DNA from: TPA_inf: Saccharomyces
Taxonomy: Eukaryota
Direction: 5' to 3'
Assembly: GCA_000146045.2 (NCBI GenBank)
Contig: BK006949.2
Span: 480,001 to 544,000, forward strand
Length of the DNA: 64,000 bases
How positions within the stretch are numbered: the stretch's first letter is position 1; every line of letters begins with the position of its first letter. The translations under genes were made by a program, and so were the position numbers. This document shows positions 52,701 to 64,000 of this stretch, piece after piece. The notes under the pieces were generated by a model that worked only from the letters and a program-made list of their open reading frames with translations, had not been told where the DNA came from and did no database searches.

Positions 52701-53409
52701 AAGATTAATAAGGAGATTTGGATATGACTACATTGAAGCCAACTTCCCTGAAGAAGATAGGAGATTATTAACAAATATAAGAAAGATGCGCAATAGGAAT
52801 AAGCGTAAAGATGAAGAAGTTACTACTGGAGTTAGTGATGTAGCTGCCACAAAGGGTTCAAGATTTATGTCTGCATTCGATGAAGCTGTTTATGGGTCTG
52901 ATGAAGAAAATGATAATGGATCAGATCAGGAGGAAAATGTTGCTGGTGGCAAAATGAAGAATGGGGCAAAGCAATTTATTGTAGAATCCGGTGACAACCC
53001 ACTAGATTTGTTAGATTCTCAAACACTAGCTCATATATCATCTACCAGACCAAAGAAATTCAATAAGAATCAAAATAGAGCAAGGTTTAATGATGATGCG
53101 TTTAACTTTGACTCAGAAGGAAAACTCGTTGTCAAGGGGCAACCTAAACCCTCTACTAATGTAGACGATCCATTGAGTGCTGTGACAAGCGGAATCAATG
53201 CGTATCTAGAGGCTGTGAAAAGTGGTCCTGTAAGAGGTCAAAGAAACAAGCTGAAATTCAGGAAAAATGGAAAGGACTCTGATGAATTTGGCGATGATGA
53301 TGATGGTGAAAAGGATAGTAGGCTAATGAGAGGAAGAGTAAATCAAGGTAACAAGATTGGCAAACATAATAAGAAAGGTCCAAAGTTCAAATCTAGAAAA
53401 AAATTATAG
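49723..53409 (+). CDS. RRP12: Rrp12 HEAT-repeat ribosome biogenesis / export factor (1228 aa)
   Basis: The in-frame ATG at 49723 (MDQDKVAF...) gives 1228 aa. The protein is a long alpha-helical repeat protein with a basic C-terminal tail. Confidence 0.8.
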   Translation: MDQDKVAFLLELEDKLAKIRSQVNSKLENQKHIAIILTAVEENIAGQATNDVSKNIVNYIISFMSLLDQAVDPSTHEIKDIQLASSSTYLLDLIFHYSPKVLLRSKFSEILTKIAPCITAEKANAPLIRAAIGCLESLLIAQDAQAWNNTYDLNVTPKRGLQGILELSLDVRPKVRKRALDAVHAVLLNPPVAPTAEHVAAVFVADFCDKQLAGILNDLSNLSNKQLKAQKTKEDINASVMRSLRLITSVVSTGQWPSSQIEPLCDVLLGVTKSSEQYLVSASFECFESMFKTMAETTISSGLAENKYLRVLDTIFALKPSNVDTLLTKSWIAVVIKGMSTYATHQPLKALRKIPGVFHIMCTYLASETPEVYQAASQCLISILSESVKDDLLLYTPSVDEKVFKNVDEIISQIAKTFIDFLSIRYSHCSREILKILVAAFNKFRYRSNPHFLKSLKIVDTWRVNEEQFMDLRNEIELVIGASISAMGPEMILAEAPLNLDNPSSERPGRAWLLPLIRDYTKNANLATFQNELAPYIKSFQSKFDKVPEESIQLRVFQTIVDQIWSTLPRFCELPMDLRESFTDEFASELSSLLYSEVELRTTICHALKVLAESNVSYAEESSSHNVLLLQRFPISEAQKNIEYLSTKSTNLLAVLFNVYTQTTPNARSYILETIDQYLKITSKEDLEKTFNNVCGLLKNSMNEESSGNVNKEKKKPQLTATLLDLIICMITYLPVSSYSALFSMFSLTVNSADALIQKRAYRIITKLSELKSGSTAVAQFISDIENVMVDSASSVQTSAKAARLTAIKTIVELLPLDHLDFIVRTVAEVILSTKDVNEKSRETAFDTLICMGRKMNEPNGIIKLFQIPGYDPTTPDQSSSISEFFKIISAGLIGESQHMVSSSITGYACLVFEFKNELDSGILMDIYDTIELYLTSNSREIVKSAIGFTKVCVLGLPEELMRPKVPELLLKLLRWSHEHTGHFKAKVKHIIERLIRRFGYDYIEANFPEEDRRLLTNIRKMRNRNKRKDEEVTTGVSDVAATKGSRFMSAFDEAVYGSDEENDNGSDQEENVAGGKMKNGAKQFIVESGDNPLDLLDSQTLAHISSTRPKKFNKNQNRARFNDDAFNFDSEGKLVVKGQPKPSTNVDDPLSAVTSGINAYLEAVKSGPVRGQRNKLKFRKNGKDSDEFGDDDDGEKDSRLMRGRVNQGNKIGKHNKKGPKFKSRKKL

Positions 53410-53641
53410 AAGATTGAAACTGAGCAATATGGCTAATTACACACCTGGAGAAAAAATCAGATATGTATATATAAGAATATTATAATACTGTATATTAAAA
53501 ATGATTAAAATAAAGAAAAAAATGAATCGGGCGTTTAATTGCTTATTATCTTGAAGAAGCGAAAGTACACTATATAGTAATAATGTGAGGTTAATTAAAT
53601 ATGGATGAGATAATGACGAAAGAAAATGCAGAAATGTCGTT

Positions 53642-54703
53642 TTAAAAGTAACCCCCATAATCTAGTGAGGTTCGACGTTGAAATGTGCTGTCCATATCTT
53701 CCTGCTCTGCCCATTTAGTATCAACATTTGAGTCGAATTGAAACATTGATATGTCACGGTCATCACCATGAGGAGACTCTGTTAAACTTTTATTGTTCTC
53801 TTTAAAACTTTCCTCATTGTTATTTTCTTGAGACTTTTGGTTAGGGCCTTCCACTTCGCCAAGTGATTCAAGCTCCTCATCCTCAAATGAAAGAGTTATA
53901 TTTTCTAACCTATTTTCTTTTCTCATTATCGGCAGTTTGCTAGTTACAAATGGATTTTCTTGGATCTCTGTTAAGGCATCCTCATCTCTTGGGGTCATCG
54001 CCGAAGGCATCCTATCTTCGTTTGTTATGGTAGTGTGGTGATGGCGGCTTAGAATGGAAGATTTATAGCCTGCAATATGTGGTAAAGCCGGTACATTTTG
54101 AGATTCTTTTTTGGAAGCTCTTTCAATCATGTTTATACGTTGTCTAGCAATGACTAATTTGATCCAATCATCTAATCCATTATTATTTATTAGATCTTCT
54201 ATCAACTCTGTTTTTCTATTCTTTGTTTCTAATTTCTGTTTCGCACCCTTGTTTTGCAGTAATTGATTGAGATAGTCAGGTATTGCTGACAAAGGATCAG
54301 ATTCTTTTTCCTCACTTTGTAGTAATTCTACTGTGGGTAAGGCAGTTATTCGCGCGTCGGTCAATTGAGTACTATAAATACACCAGTCCTTGAACTTTTC
54401 CATTCCTCGTGAACTTGATAATTCGGAGTTTTCATCATAGACATCCAGAACGTTCGTAGGCTTAACAATACCTAGATTTTCCAGAGCCAGAGTTATATCT
54501 TGTAAAGCAATTGTATCGTCCTGATCACATCTTGCCTGAGCGATAGAACTGACCTCTGATGCTAACAAACTCAAGAATTTTGCATAGAGATCGGTCATGA
54601 CATCCACCAGACTGGGCCTTGCCCTGTCAAATCCTTGTGCCTTCAATAATTGGAGAATAGATATGCGTAGTAGAGCAAAATAGAAGTCATTATTTGTAGT
54701 CAT
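53642..54703 (-). CDS. TAF3: Taf3 TFIID subunit (353 aa), by synteny
   Basis: N-terminal histone-fold-like region. The 353-aa length and position YPL011C match. Confidence 0.65.
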   Translation of the reverse strand: MTTNNDFYFALLRISILQLLKAQGFDRARPSLVDVMTDLYAKFLSLLASEVSSIAQARCDQDDTIALQDITLALENLGIVKPTNVLDVYDENSELSSSRGMEKFKDWCIYSTQLTDARITALPTVELLQSEEKESDPLSAIPDYLNQLLQNKGAKQKLETKNRKTELIEDLINNNGLDDWIKLVIARQRINMIERASKKESQNVPALPHIAGYKSSILSRHHHTTITNEDRMPSAMTPRDEDALTEIQENPFVTSKLPIMRKENRLENITLSFEDEELESLGEVEGPNQKSQENNNEESFKENNKSLTESPHGDDRDISMFQFDSNVDTKWAEQEDMDSTFQRRTSLDYGGYF

Positions 54704-55017
54704 AGCAGAGGAACTCTATTGACCCAAAGATATCGCTGTTTTCCGCTAGTAGGTGATTTGGAATTGCTCAGGAAGCTACTTCAAGTGTTATATTAGCATA
54801 CCTTCATCATGCAATATGAAATTACTGAAAAAAAAAACTAAAGCATCGCGAGCTTACCCGTTTCGCCACTTCTGTCAAGTGAAAAAACACGTTTGCATTG
54901 TTTAGGCTACAAGGTGTGGAATATCGAAGTTATTGCTAGACAGAAGTTCTTTAGGCATTTAGGTTTTGTTTGTGAGCTGGCTTGCTAATTTTGAGTACTG
55001 TGCATCATTGTTCCAGG

Positions 55018-55587
55018 ATGTCTTCTTTATCGCTATATACTGTTCAGGCTGTTTTAATACTAGATCAGCAAGGAGAACGAATTTATGCAAAGTATTATCA
55101 ACCTCCTCATAGATCTGATGAAGGACACCAATTGCTCTTCAATTCGGTGAAGAAGCAAAAAGAGTTTGAGAAACAACTATACCGTAAGACTCACAAGCAA
55201 GATTCGGAGATTTTAATCTTCGAGGATCATTTAGTCCTTTACAAAGAATACATTGATATCACGATATATTTAGTTGCTTCGCTGGAAGAGAATGAAATTG
55301 TTCTTCAGCAAGGATTTTCAGCAATCAGAGGAGCTTTGGATTTGATTTTGAACTCAGGAATGGACAAAAAAAACATCCAAGAAAACTATGATATGGTTTT
55401 ATTAGCTATTGATGAAACCATTGATAATGGTGTTATCCTCGAAACTGACTCTAACACTATTGCATCCAGAGTTTCTAAACCACCTACGAACGAACCCCAA
55501 ATGGCATTAGATTTGGATAAGGGTTTCTTAGGCGCGTGGGGTTTCGCAAAGAGCAAGTTTCAAGAAAGGTTACAGCAAGGCTTATGA
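55018..55587 (+). CDS. RET3: Ret3 zeta-COP subunit of the COPI coatomer (189 aa)
   Basis: Adaptin sigma / longin-like small-subunit sequence. The ATG at 55018 (MSSLSLYTVQAVLILD...) gives 189 aa. Confidence 0.75.
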   Translation: MSSLSLYTVQAVLILDQQGERIYAKYYQPPHRSDEGHQLLFNSVKKQKEFEKQLYRKTHKQDSEILIFEDHLVLYKEYIDITIYLVASLEENEIVLQQGFSAIRGALDLILNSGMDKKNIQENYDMVLLAIDETIDNGVILETDSNTIASRVSKPPTNEPQMALDLDKGFLGAWGFAKSKFQERLQQGL

Positions 55588-55819
55588 TCACAAGGCAAAG
55601 CGGATAGAAGAAAATTTTAGCTGGTCTTATATGGTATATATGCAGTGTCTTACTTTCTCCCTTCCATATATATGTATCTACTTATATATATAAGTATATG
55701 TTGCTCATTTAGAAATGATTGTCACCTCATGCTAATCATTTTATTCTTCTCGTTGGTCTGTGATGAAAAATAATGAAAAAATTATAATTGCTGTCTATTT
55801 TCTTTTCATCTCATATGAT

Positions 55820-56732
55820 TTAGCGTTTTTTTTTGCCCTTCTTCGAAGAGTTACCACCGTTCTTGGTGGATTTCTGCCCAGCGATTGTTACTTTTAACTT
55901 GTCGACACAGAGCAGAAGAACCAAGTCCTGTTCCTTCAAGCCTTTAATCATTTCATGTTCTTGGGGCCAATCCATTTCGTTGTCAGTTGAAGAACCGTCT
56001 AGTGGTCTACTCTTGAAATAATGTAAAATTTCAGTTAAAGTCTTAGTTTTCTTCGCACTTCCCGGTTGTATTTTGACTTTGTATTTATATTTCAAAAGCG
56101 CAGGCCAGGGGGCAAATACTGGTATAATATCATCAACCACATCGCCCTTATCGAGAGATGGTTTTAATTCGGACTTGTGTTTATCATAGTTCACTCTTGC
56201 TTTCTCTTTTTTGGTGAATTTTAAAGCCTGTAGTCTTCTTTGTTTCTCGCGTTTATTCTTTCTATCTTCTCTAACTTCTCGCTTCATTATTTCTTCTTTC
56301 TTCCTTTGTTGCTGCTTTTCGATACCCTTCAAAGTACCCAAGGCCTCCAAACGCAAGAGACGTTCAGTTTCATCCTGGTCGGCGTATTTCTTTTGAATTT
56401 TCTTCAATTTTCCTCTTTTACCACGGACGTTACTGTTTATGTTTTCGATTAAAGATATCGGAACACCTGGTTCATCAAGGATACGCTGCGTACTGCTATT
56501 GTCATTTTTGGCTTTAGCATTTCCAGAATCAGAGTCGGTATCGGATGATATGGTGCAATGCTTTTCGATGTCTTTTTCAAGATTATCGTGTTCAAAACTG
56601 TTGTTTTTCGTGCTATCGTTTGAATCTCCACCCTTCTCTAACCCATTGACCTCGTTACTATCGTCTTCATCTTGCTGTTGCTCTTCTTCTTTTTCTTCTT
56701 CTTCTTTTTCTTCTTCTTCTTCTTCTTCTTCT

Positions 56733-56779
<47 letters not shown>

Positions 56780-58936
56780 GTCATCATCACCATTATCCTC
56801 ATTTCCACTGGTTTTCACTTTCCATAAAAATCCAAAACCCATCACAAGTTGAGCAGGGGGTAAATGGTTTTGATCATTCTCATTTTTCAACCGAAAGGCA
56901 CCTTCTGGCAGAATGGAGTTATCAGAGCCATCGAATTTACTAACATTCTTTGCAAAGCACCACCATGGAGAAGAAGATATCTTCTTCGACCAAGCCTCGC
57001 TTGAGGACATGCATAGTATACCCGCTTGCATCAAAGTGTTCGGTGGAACTTCTGTTTTTTCTGGATTTTTGATCCATACATGAGAGTTAAAACTATTGGA
57101 CATATAAATATCATCATCTTCAATATATTTTGAATAGATTTGATCTGTCTCAGCCGGACTTTTACCCATCATGACCAAAAATCCTTCACTTGAAATAAAC
57201 CAACTATATTTTTCAAAAAAGTAAGGAGTGCGGATCTTTTTTAAGACACTGTGAGAATCTTTTAGCTTTTTTTTCAATTGTTGATCAATTTTGACTTCAA
57301 TATTCTTCATAGCCTTGCCGACATTCTTTTCGACTTTTTTCTGCTTTTGAGCACTTGTTTTTTTGATATTGAAATATTCAGTGGCATTGGCATAAGCTGA
57401 TAAACCAAGGTCAATTGTAACGTTTATCTTTTCATTAGATTTTCTTTTCATACTTTTTGTACTCCTCTCCTTCGAACTCTCCATGTCTTCTGAGTCTGAG
57501 TCACTAGAACTATCAGTAGTATTGCCTTCTGATTCATTGTCCTCGTCTGAAGAAGTGTTGAGTTCCTTGCTAGAGAGATCAAGCTTGACGCTAATTTTGT
57601 TCTGTTTCAAGTTCAAAGGCAAGTTCAAAAGCTGAGCAATTCTGTTGCCTTTTTTTTGTTCACTTTTAATTAGTTTCTCAATAGTGTTCCAGTCCATTTG
57701 TTGATCGATTAGACCCTGAACAGCAAGCTTAACTTCCTCTATTAAGGGTGCATTTTCAATTATGAGATGGCCTTTCCTTTCATTTAGTTCTTGGACGTCT
57801 AATAAAGCTTGTATTTTTCTATCATTTTCGGCACGAGCATCATCGATTTTCTTTTGCGCTTGCGATTCCTGATTTTGTATACGTAGAGCATACTTAGAGG
57901 ATTCTATTGTTGAGAAAAATTTGTCTAGCGTCCTATTGTAAGGACCTTCAACTTCAATGATACAAGAAGAGTCAGTGTCTCCCCCATTTATATATGGCTT
58001 AAAGGGATGGAATGTATCATAAATAAATTCCAAATCGGCAGTATCTTTTTCAGAGATATAATTTTCATTTCTTTTGGCCAAAATGTAACCCTTTCTATCG
58101 GTGGTAGTTAAAAGTTGATTATATTCTAACTGAGTACTGTTTAGCAATTCGGCGAGTGAGTCTGTTTCCTCCAAAAGATTTAAACAAGACTCTGAAGGGT
58201 CGATATTGAATACCTTAAGGTTCTTTGATAATAAATCTGAAGACAAATGAGGGACTTTCGAAAGCAGCAGTTTATGGATGGAAGGTACTTTCACTTTTTT
58301 TTTTTTAGCGCCCTCCTTCCCTTGAATGTTAAGTTGCTTAATAACAGTAATGTCTGATTCATACTTGGCTTGAACTGCTTTTATCCACTCGTTGACTAGT
58401 TCAGAGGTGTATTCTGCCTTTCTGTTTTTTTCTATGGATTCATCAGCAGACTCGTTATTTGTGGTAAAAAGTGATTCGTCAAACATTTCATAAATTTGTC
58501 CGACCTTATTTTCATGCTCTAGAACGACTCTTTGCAAAGCCATAATTCTTCTGTTCTCATCTAGAAGAATGACATTCCCTGCACTGAAAAATTCCAAAAC
58601 TAAATAGAAGTGGCCATCAGCAAATTGTAGAACAAGAATTCTATCCTGGTCTACTTGCTTTAAAGCTGTTAACCGTTTAGCTTTAAGATGCTTCCTTAGT
58701 TTGACAACAAAGCCGGAAGGAGTTGGAGGTATTGGCCTACTAAATTCAGTTAAGTAAATTCTTAAGCCACAATCGACAACAACATTGAGTTTAGAATCTG
58801 GTTTATTAAATTTCAGCAAAAATTGTTTTGAGGAATCGGCAATGTTATATATATTACTCAATCGGTAGCCTTCCAAATCCTGTTTCAGCTCTCTAGCCAA
58901 CAGCAGTAAATCTAGGGCACTAATTCTTTGCTTCAT
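55820..58936 (-). CDS. RQC2: Rqc2 (Tae2) ribosome quality control complex subunit, NFACT family (1038 aa)
   Basis: NFACT-N domain, a coiled-coil middle region and a conserved C-terminal region. The 1038-aa length and position YPL009C match. Confidence 0.8.
56683..56779 (-). repeat. RQC2: long near-pure (GAA)n tract (CTT on the plus strand: about 15 uninterrupted units, one CTC, then 7 more) encoding a run of about 24 Glu in Rqc2
   Basis: cttcttctt... read directly. The translation shows [36 protein letters not shown]. Confidence 0.95.
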
Positions 58937-59384
58937 CGCTATTAATCTCTTGCCTGCCTGACTTCTTAGACCGGATAATAAGTAGCAACTTTCTTTTCAA
59001 TTTGCCATCGGATTCTTTTAAAACTATTTTTCAGGCGAAATTTCATTTTTCTATCCTTCCGCAGCATGAATGAAAAGTTCAAACGCGTCCAAATATACAA
59101 TAGATATAGTGCATTAGTTAATGTCCGGAAGAGAAGTCGCAATTGTTGAAAAGGTTAAAACTCAGGCTATTTATTGAAAATCCAATTTTAATCGTAACCA
59201 CAGAGTTGAGGTAGAGGCTCATTTGTTACCTGACAGTTGATGACATTATCACTGACATATTTAAATTCATCATTAGTGTAATCAGCACATGCTAAGTTGA
59301 GGGCACTACTGCAACTTCAGTTTGTTTCCTTAAAACCCAAAAGAGTAGAAAACCAGGCTAAAAACAGTCACACTAGTCCAAAAA

Positions 59385-61970
59385 ATGGACAAAAAGGAAT
59401 ATTCGGAGACTTTCTATCATCCTTATAAGCCCTATGATATTCAGGTACAGTTAATGGAAACTGTATACAGAGTGCTATCCGAAGGGAAGAAAATAGCTAT
59501 CCTGGAAAGCCCCACTGGGACAGGCAAGACGCTGTCCTTAATCTGTGCCACGATGACTTGGTTGAGAATGAATAAAGCAGATATTTTCACCCGCATGGAA
59601 ACTAACATCAAAACGAATGAAGATGATAGTGAAAACCTAAGCGATGACGAGCCAGACTGGGTTATTGACACTTATCGAAAGTCTGTTTTACAAGAAAAGG
59701 TGGATTTGCTAAATGATTATGAGAAGCATTTAAACGAAATTAACACGACCAGTTGTAAGCAGTTGAAAACTATGTGTGATTTAGATAAAGAACATGGAAG
59801 ATATAAATCAGTTGATCCATTAAGAAAGAAACGCAAAGGCGCTAGGCACCTTGATGTATCACTTGAAGAACAAGATTTTATTCCGCGCCCGTACGAATCA
59901 GATTCTGAAAACAATGATACCTCCAAAAGCACAAGAGGAGGAAGAATATCTGATAAAGATTACAAATTGAGTGAACTAAATTCACAAATAATAACACTTT
60001 TAGACAAAATTGATGGGAAGGTTTCGAGAGATCCAAACAATGGCGATCGCTTTGACGTTACAAATCAAAATCCAGTGAAAATATATTATGCATCCAGAAC
60101 TTATTCACAATTAGGTCAATTTACTTCTCAGTTAAGATTACCCTCGTTCCCATCATCCTTTAGGGATAAGGTCCCAGATGAAAAGGTGAAGTACTTACCA
60201 CTTGCTTCGAAAAAGCAGCTTTGTATTAATCCAAAAGTGATGAAGTGGAAAACATTGGAAGCTATTAATGACGCATGTGCGGACCTTAGACATAGTAAAG
60301 AGGGATGTATCTTTTATCAAAATACAAACGAATGGCGTCATTGTCCTGATACGTTAGCTCTCAGAGATATGATTTTTTCAGAAATTCAAGATATTGAAGA
60401 TTTAGTTCCCCTGGGAAAATCTTTGGGAATTTGTCCCTATTACGCCTCGAGGGAGGCACTTCCTATTGCGGAGGTAGTGACTTTGCCATATCAATACTTA
60501 CTTTCTGAGTCCACCCGTTCAAGTCTTCAAATAAACCTTGAAAATTCTATAGTAATTATTGATGAGGCTCATAATTTGATAGAAACAATAAATTCTATAT
60601 ATTCCTCTCAGATCTCGTTGGAGGACTTAAAGAATTGCCATAAGGGGATAGTAACTTATTTCAACAAATTTAAGTCCAGGCTCAATCCCGGTAACAGAGT
60701 AAATCTATTAAAGCTCAATTCACTTTTGATGACTCTGATTCAATTTATAGTTAAAAATTTCAAGAAGATAGGACAAGAAATAGATCCTAACGATATGTTC
60801 ACAGGAAGTAACATCGATACCCTAAACATTCATAAACTATTGAGATATATAAAAGTCTCCAAAATTGCTTACAAAATTGACACGTATAACCAGGCACTAA
60901 AAGAGGAAGAATCGTCAAAAAATGAAAATCCAATAAAAGAAACGCATAAAAAATCAGTTTCTTCTCAGCCATTACTTTTCAAGGTTTCTCAATTCCTATA
61001 TTGTTTGACAAATTTGACGTCAGAAGGACAATTTTTTTTTGAGAAAAATTATTCAATAAAGTACATGCTTCTAGAACCAAGTAAACCTTTTGAGTCAATA
61101 CTAAATCAAGCAAAATGTGTAGTCCTTGCAGGTGGGACAATGGAACCCATGTCAGAGTTTTTGTCGAATTTGCTACCTGAAGTTCCTTCTGAAGACATTA
61201 CGACCTTGTCGTGCAATCATGTTATACCGAAAGAGAATTTGCAAACTTATATCACAAACCAGCCTGAGCTTGAGTTCACATTCGAAAAAAGAATGTCTCC
61301 CTCCCTTGTAAATAATCATCTTTTTCAATTTTTTGTTGATCTGAGCAAAGCAGTTCCTAAAAAGGGTGGTATTGTAGCTTTTTTTCCAAGCTATCAGTAT
61401 TTGGCGCATGTAATTCAGTGCTGGAAACAGAATGACAGGTTTGCTACATTAAATAACGTGAGGAAAATATTCTATGAAGCAAAAGACGGCGATGATATTC
61501 TATCTGGATATTCTGATTCGGTAGCAGAGGGAAGGGGGTCTCTTTTGCTGGCTATTGTTGGGGGAAAATTATCAGAGGGAATAAATTTTCAAGATGATTT
61601 ATGTAGGGCTGTGGTGATGGTGGGCCTGCCGTTCCCAAATATTTTTAGTGGAGAACTAATAGTTAAAAGGAAGCATTTGGCCGCTAAAATAATGAAGTCA
61701 GGCGGAACGGAAGAGGAAGCTTCACGAGCAACAAAGGAGTTTATGGAGAATATTTGTATGAAAGCTGTCAACCAAAGTGTTGGACGTGCTATACGGCATG
61801 CAAATGATTACGCAAACATTTACTTGCTCGATGTGCGATATAATAGGCCCAATTTCCGGAAAAAATTGTCACGTTGGGTGCAAGATTCTATCAATTCCGA
61901 ACATACAACACATCAGGTCATTTCTTCAACACGGAAGTTTTTTTCAATGCGCAGCCTGAATTCACGCTAA
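59385..61970 (+). CDS. CHL1: Chl1 DEAH-box (XPD/FANCJ-like) DNA helicase needed for sister-chromatid cohesion (861 aa)
   Basis: Walker A motif [13 protein letters not shown] box (IIDEAHNL) and conserved C-terminal helicase motifs (the Fe-S cluster region is not checked). Confidence 0.9.
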
Positions 61971-62081
61971 AAGGAATACGTTTACGTGTATACTGTGATT
62001 ACTACTATATATTATAGTAAACTAAACTGATATTTATGACTACTTTTTATATCTGCAAGTAATTCTTTGTCTCTTGTATCC

Positions 62082-63848
62082 TTACATAACTTCCAGCGTT
62101 GTTCCACAATATACGCTTATTTCATTAAATCTTTCTAATAGACCCCTTGTAAACCAACCATAATCATTCAAATCATCTCGTTTTATGTCTATTACCCGTT
62201 GTTTGCTCACGGGACATATCTTTACATGCGTTGTAAGTATTGGAAGCAAAGTGACACCACACCTCTTCCACGTGTTATTCGTGGTGGATGTTACAGTTTC
62301 AGGGTCAGCCGTGAAGCTTTCTAAATTGAACGTTTCCTCGAGAAAGCTGTTCTTCATCAATAACGTGCCGTTGTAAATTGGCGCTTCTCTTTTAAGTATT
62401 GCCGCTATAGATAATACGCAAGCTAAATCAAAACTATTCGTTAATTCGGATTTTTTGTTTATAGCGTATTCATATAAGGCTTCCAAAAATGACAAAATTG
62501 ACGGTTTATCGATAGTCATATTCAAGAACATTATAATCCTCATCTCTTCACTTTTCATTAATGCATTGAGGTATGATTGGAAATCCAGACTAATAGGGTA
62601 ATTACCATTCAGTAATTTCTTGTTCATACTGAAATTTTCTGGAAGTTTGGGCAGCGATTGGTTGTAAATTTGGTACGTCTGATACCACGCTAATCCAACA
62701 GCACGTTCAGAAATTGTCCAAGTATGATATAGTGGGGCGAACATGATGTTAAACGATTGTTCTGAAGCTATTTTATATTTGAAAGCCACCCGTTCCATAT
62801 CGTATACTATGGCTATTGAATAGCCGTCTGGAGAGAGAGATATTCCGTGTATGACAAGAGTTGTTTCATAATTATTGAATTCATTCCAAATTGTGCTCCA
62901 TTTCTTGAATTTCTTCTCTAAGTAAGGCGCGATAATATTATCAGCCGTCACATGAAGTTCGTCTTCTAGTAAAACTTTATAACTAGTCTTATTGGACATC
63001 AATAATATCGTGCTCTCTTTCTCATGATTCAATGGGATTATATGAAAATTTTCGAGAGATCCTGTTTTCAAGCTAGAAATTGAATAATTTTTTAAATCTA
63101 TCTTATGCACATATCCGGGACAAGTTAAAACCACCTTATAATCCACTATCTTTAAATCAGTAATTTTTCTTCTCGAAGCATTTTGTATCATTCTAGAAAC
63201 GGGTTGATGAGAGGAAGCAGAAACTGTCATTGAAAATACAGAATTGTTTGAAAGCGCCGCTACAAGAACGTCTTCGTACCATACTATATGAGTGACCCAG
63301 TCTTTTGAGCCTGCGTCACTTAATCTAATACTACTCTCAAAATAAAATTCTGGAGTATTTTCTGAATTTTTGCGAATGCTAAAGAATTGAAGCTCACCGT
63401 CTTCATTACCAACCACGATTGATGATTCAATAGGATTCCATTCAAAACAATGGTAGGTTCTGCTACTTAAGTTTCCTTTTGAATCGAGATTTGTGAGCAT
63501 TTTGTTATCTTTGAACACAGAAACATTACCATTATTGCTCAATACGGCCATCCAATCGTCTATTGGTGATGGCTTACAGACTCTGGGATAACAAACAGGT
63601 TGTGAATTTAATAACCCATTCTGTTGCGCCAGCTCGAAATCCAGTTTATTTTCAAATTCTAGCGGGAATTCTTTCACATGAAATAAATTCTTACTGTTGC
63701 AATTAATGTCTTTAGCATATTTTGGCTGCCCAATGCTAATATCAGGAAATGTGGTCAAATATAGAGTACCATCCCGAGCCCATGTTAAATTGTTCTTCCA
63801 ATCCTCAAATTCCTTTCTATCTACCAATAAGTCCTTTAGAAGCTTCAT
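62082..63848 (-). CDS. TFC8: Tfc8 TFIIIC subunit (588 aa), by synteny
   Basis: The 588-aa length and position YPL007C match; the fold appears to be a beta-propeller. Confidence 0.7.
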   Translation of the reverse strand: MKLLKDLLVDRKEFEDWKNNLTWARDGTLYLTTFPDISIGQPKYAKDINCNSKNLFHVKEFPLEFENKLDFELAQQNGLLNSQPVCYPRVCKPSPIDDWMAVLSNNGNVSVFKDNKMLTNLDSKGNLSSRTYHCFEWNPIESSIVVGNEDGELQFFSIRKNSENTPEFYFESSIRLSDAGSKDWVTHIVWYEDVLVAALSNNSVFSMTVSASSHQPVSRMIQNASRRKITDLKIVDYKVVLTCPGYVHKIDLKNYSISSLKTGSLENFHIIPLNHEKESTILLMSNKTSYKVLLEDELHVTADNIIAPYLEKKFKKWSTIWNEFNNYETTLVIHGISLSPDGYSIAIVYDMERVAFKYKIASEQSFNIMFAPLYHTWTISERAVGLAWYQTYQIYNQSLPKLPENFSMNKKLLNGNYPISLDFQSYLNALMKSEEMRIIMFLNMTIDKPSILSFLEALYEYAINKKSELTNSFDLACVLSIAAILKREAPIYNGTLLMKNSFLEETFNLESFTADPETVTSTTNNTWKRCGVTLLPILTTHVKICPVSKQRVIDIKRDDLNDYGWFTRGLLERFNEISVYCGTTLEVM

Positions 63849-64000
63849 TATGAATTGAATTGGCTTTCCTAACTCCTAACAAAGTTAGTCATGCTGCTTT
63901 TTTCATTATATATAATTCTGTCTAATCATTGTTTAGATCTCATTATTGAGAAAAGTGCGTTGCGCGTAAGAAACAGAATACACTTAAGGTGCGAAATGAC

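Noticed and set aside
56439-56852. 137-aa plus-strand ORF with a poly-Ser run, antisense to RQC2.
   Set aside because: It is the CTT repeat read as TCT/CTT codons on the opposite strand of the (GAA)n tract.

Overview
This 64-kb window is an ordinary, gene-dense stretch of a Saccharomyces cerevisiae nuclear chromosome. I do not see an undescribed system in it. What I can report are low-level sequence oddities, and I have scored them that way.

By protein identity and gene order, the window is the left arm of chromosome XVI, running from the MET31 / EGD1 / PMA2 neighbourhood (YPL038W-YPL036W) to TFC8 (YPL007C). The strand pattern of the ORFs matches the W/C pattern of the systematic names throughout. 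From memory, window coordinates plus about 480,000 equal chromosome coordinates; I cannot verify this without a database.

- **Genes.** I call 29 protein-coding genes, mostly 100-500 bp apart, plus one partial C-terminal ORF and one small ORF at the left edge. Exactly one gene is spliced: PHO85 has a 17-nt first exon and a 102-nt intron with canonical GTATGT, TACTAAC and AG signals.
- **Start codons.** The supplied ORF track allows non-ATG starts (TTG/GTG), so several ORFs in it are N-terminally over-extended. I re-anchored each gene to the first in-frame ATG, which reproduces the expected protein lengths. All starts were checked base by base.
- **Absent features.** I find no tRNA, rRNA, Ty element or solo LTR, no CRISPR-like array, and no prokaryote-style operon or defence-island structure.
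- **Non-genic features.** These are low-complexity or trinucleotide tracts that encode poly-Q, poly-N or poly-E stretches, one (CA)n and one (TAA)n microsatellite, homopolymer tracts in promoters, and a few promoter motifs.
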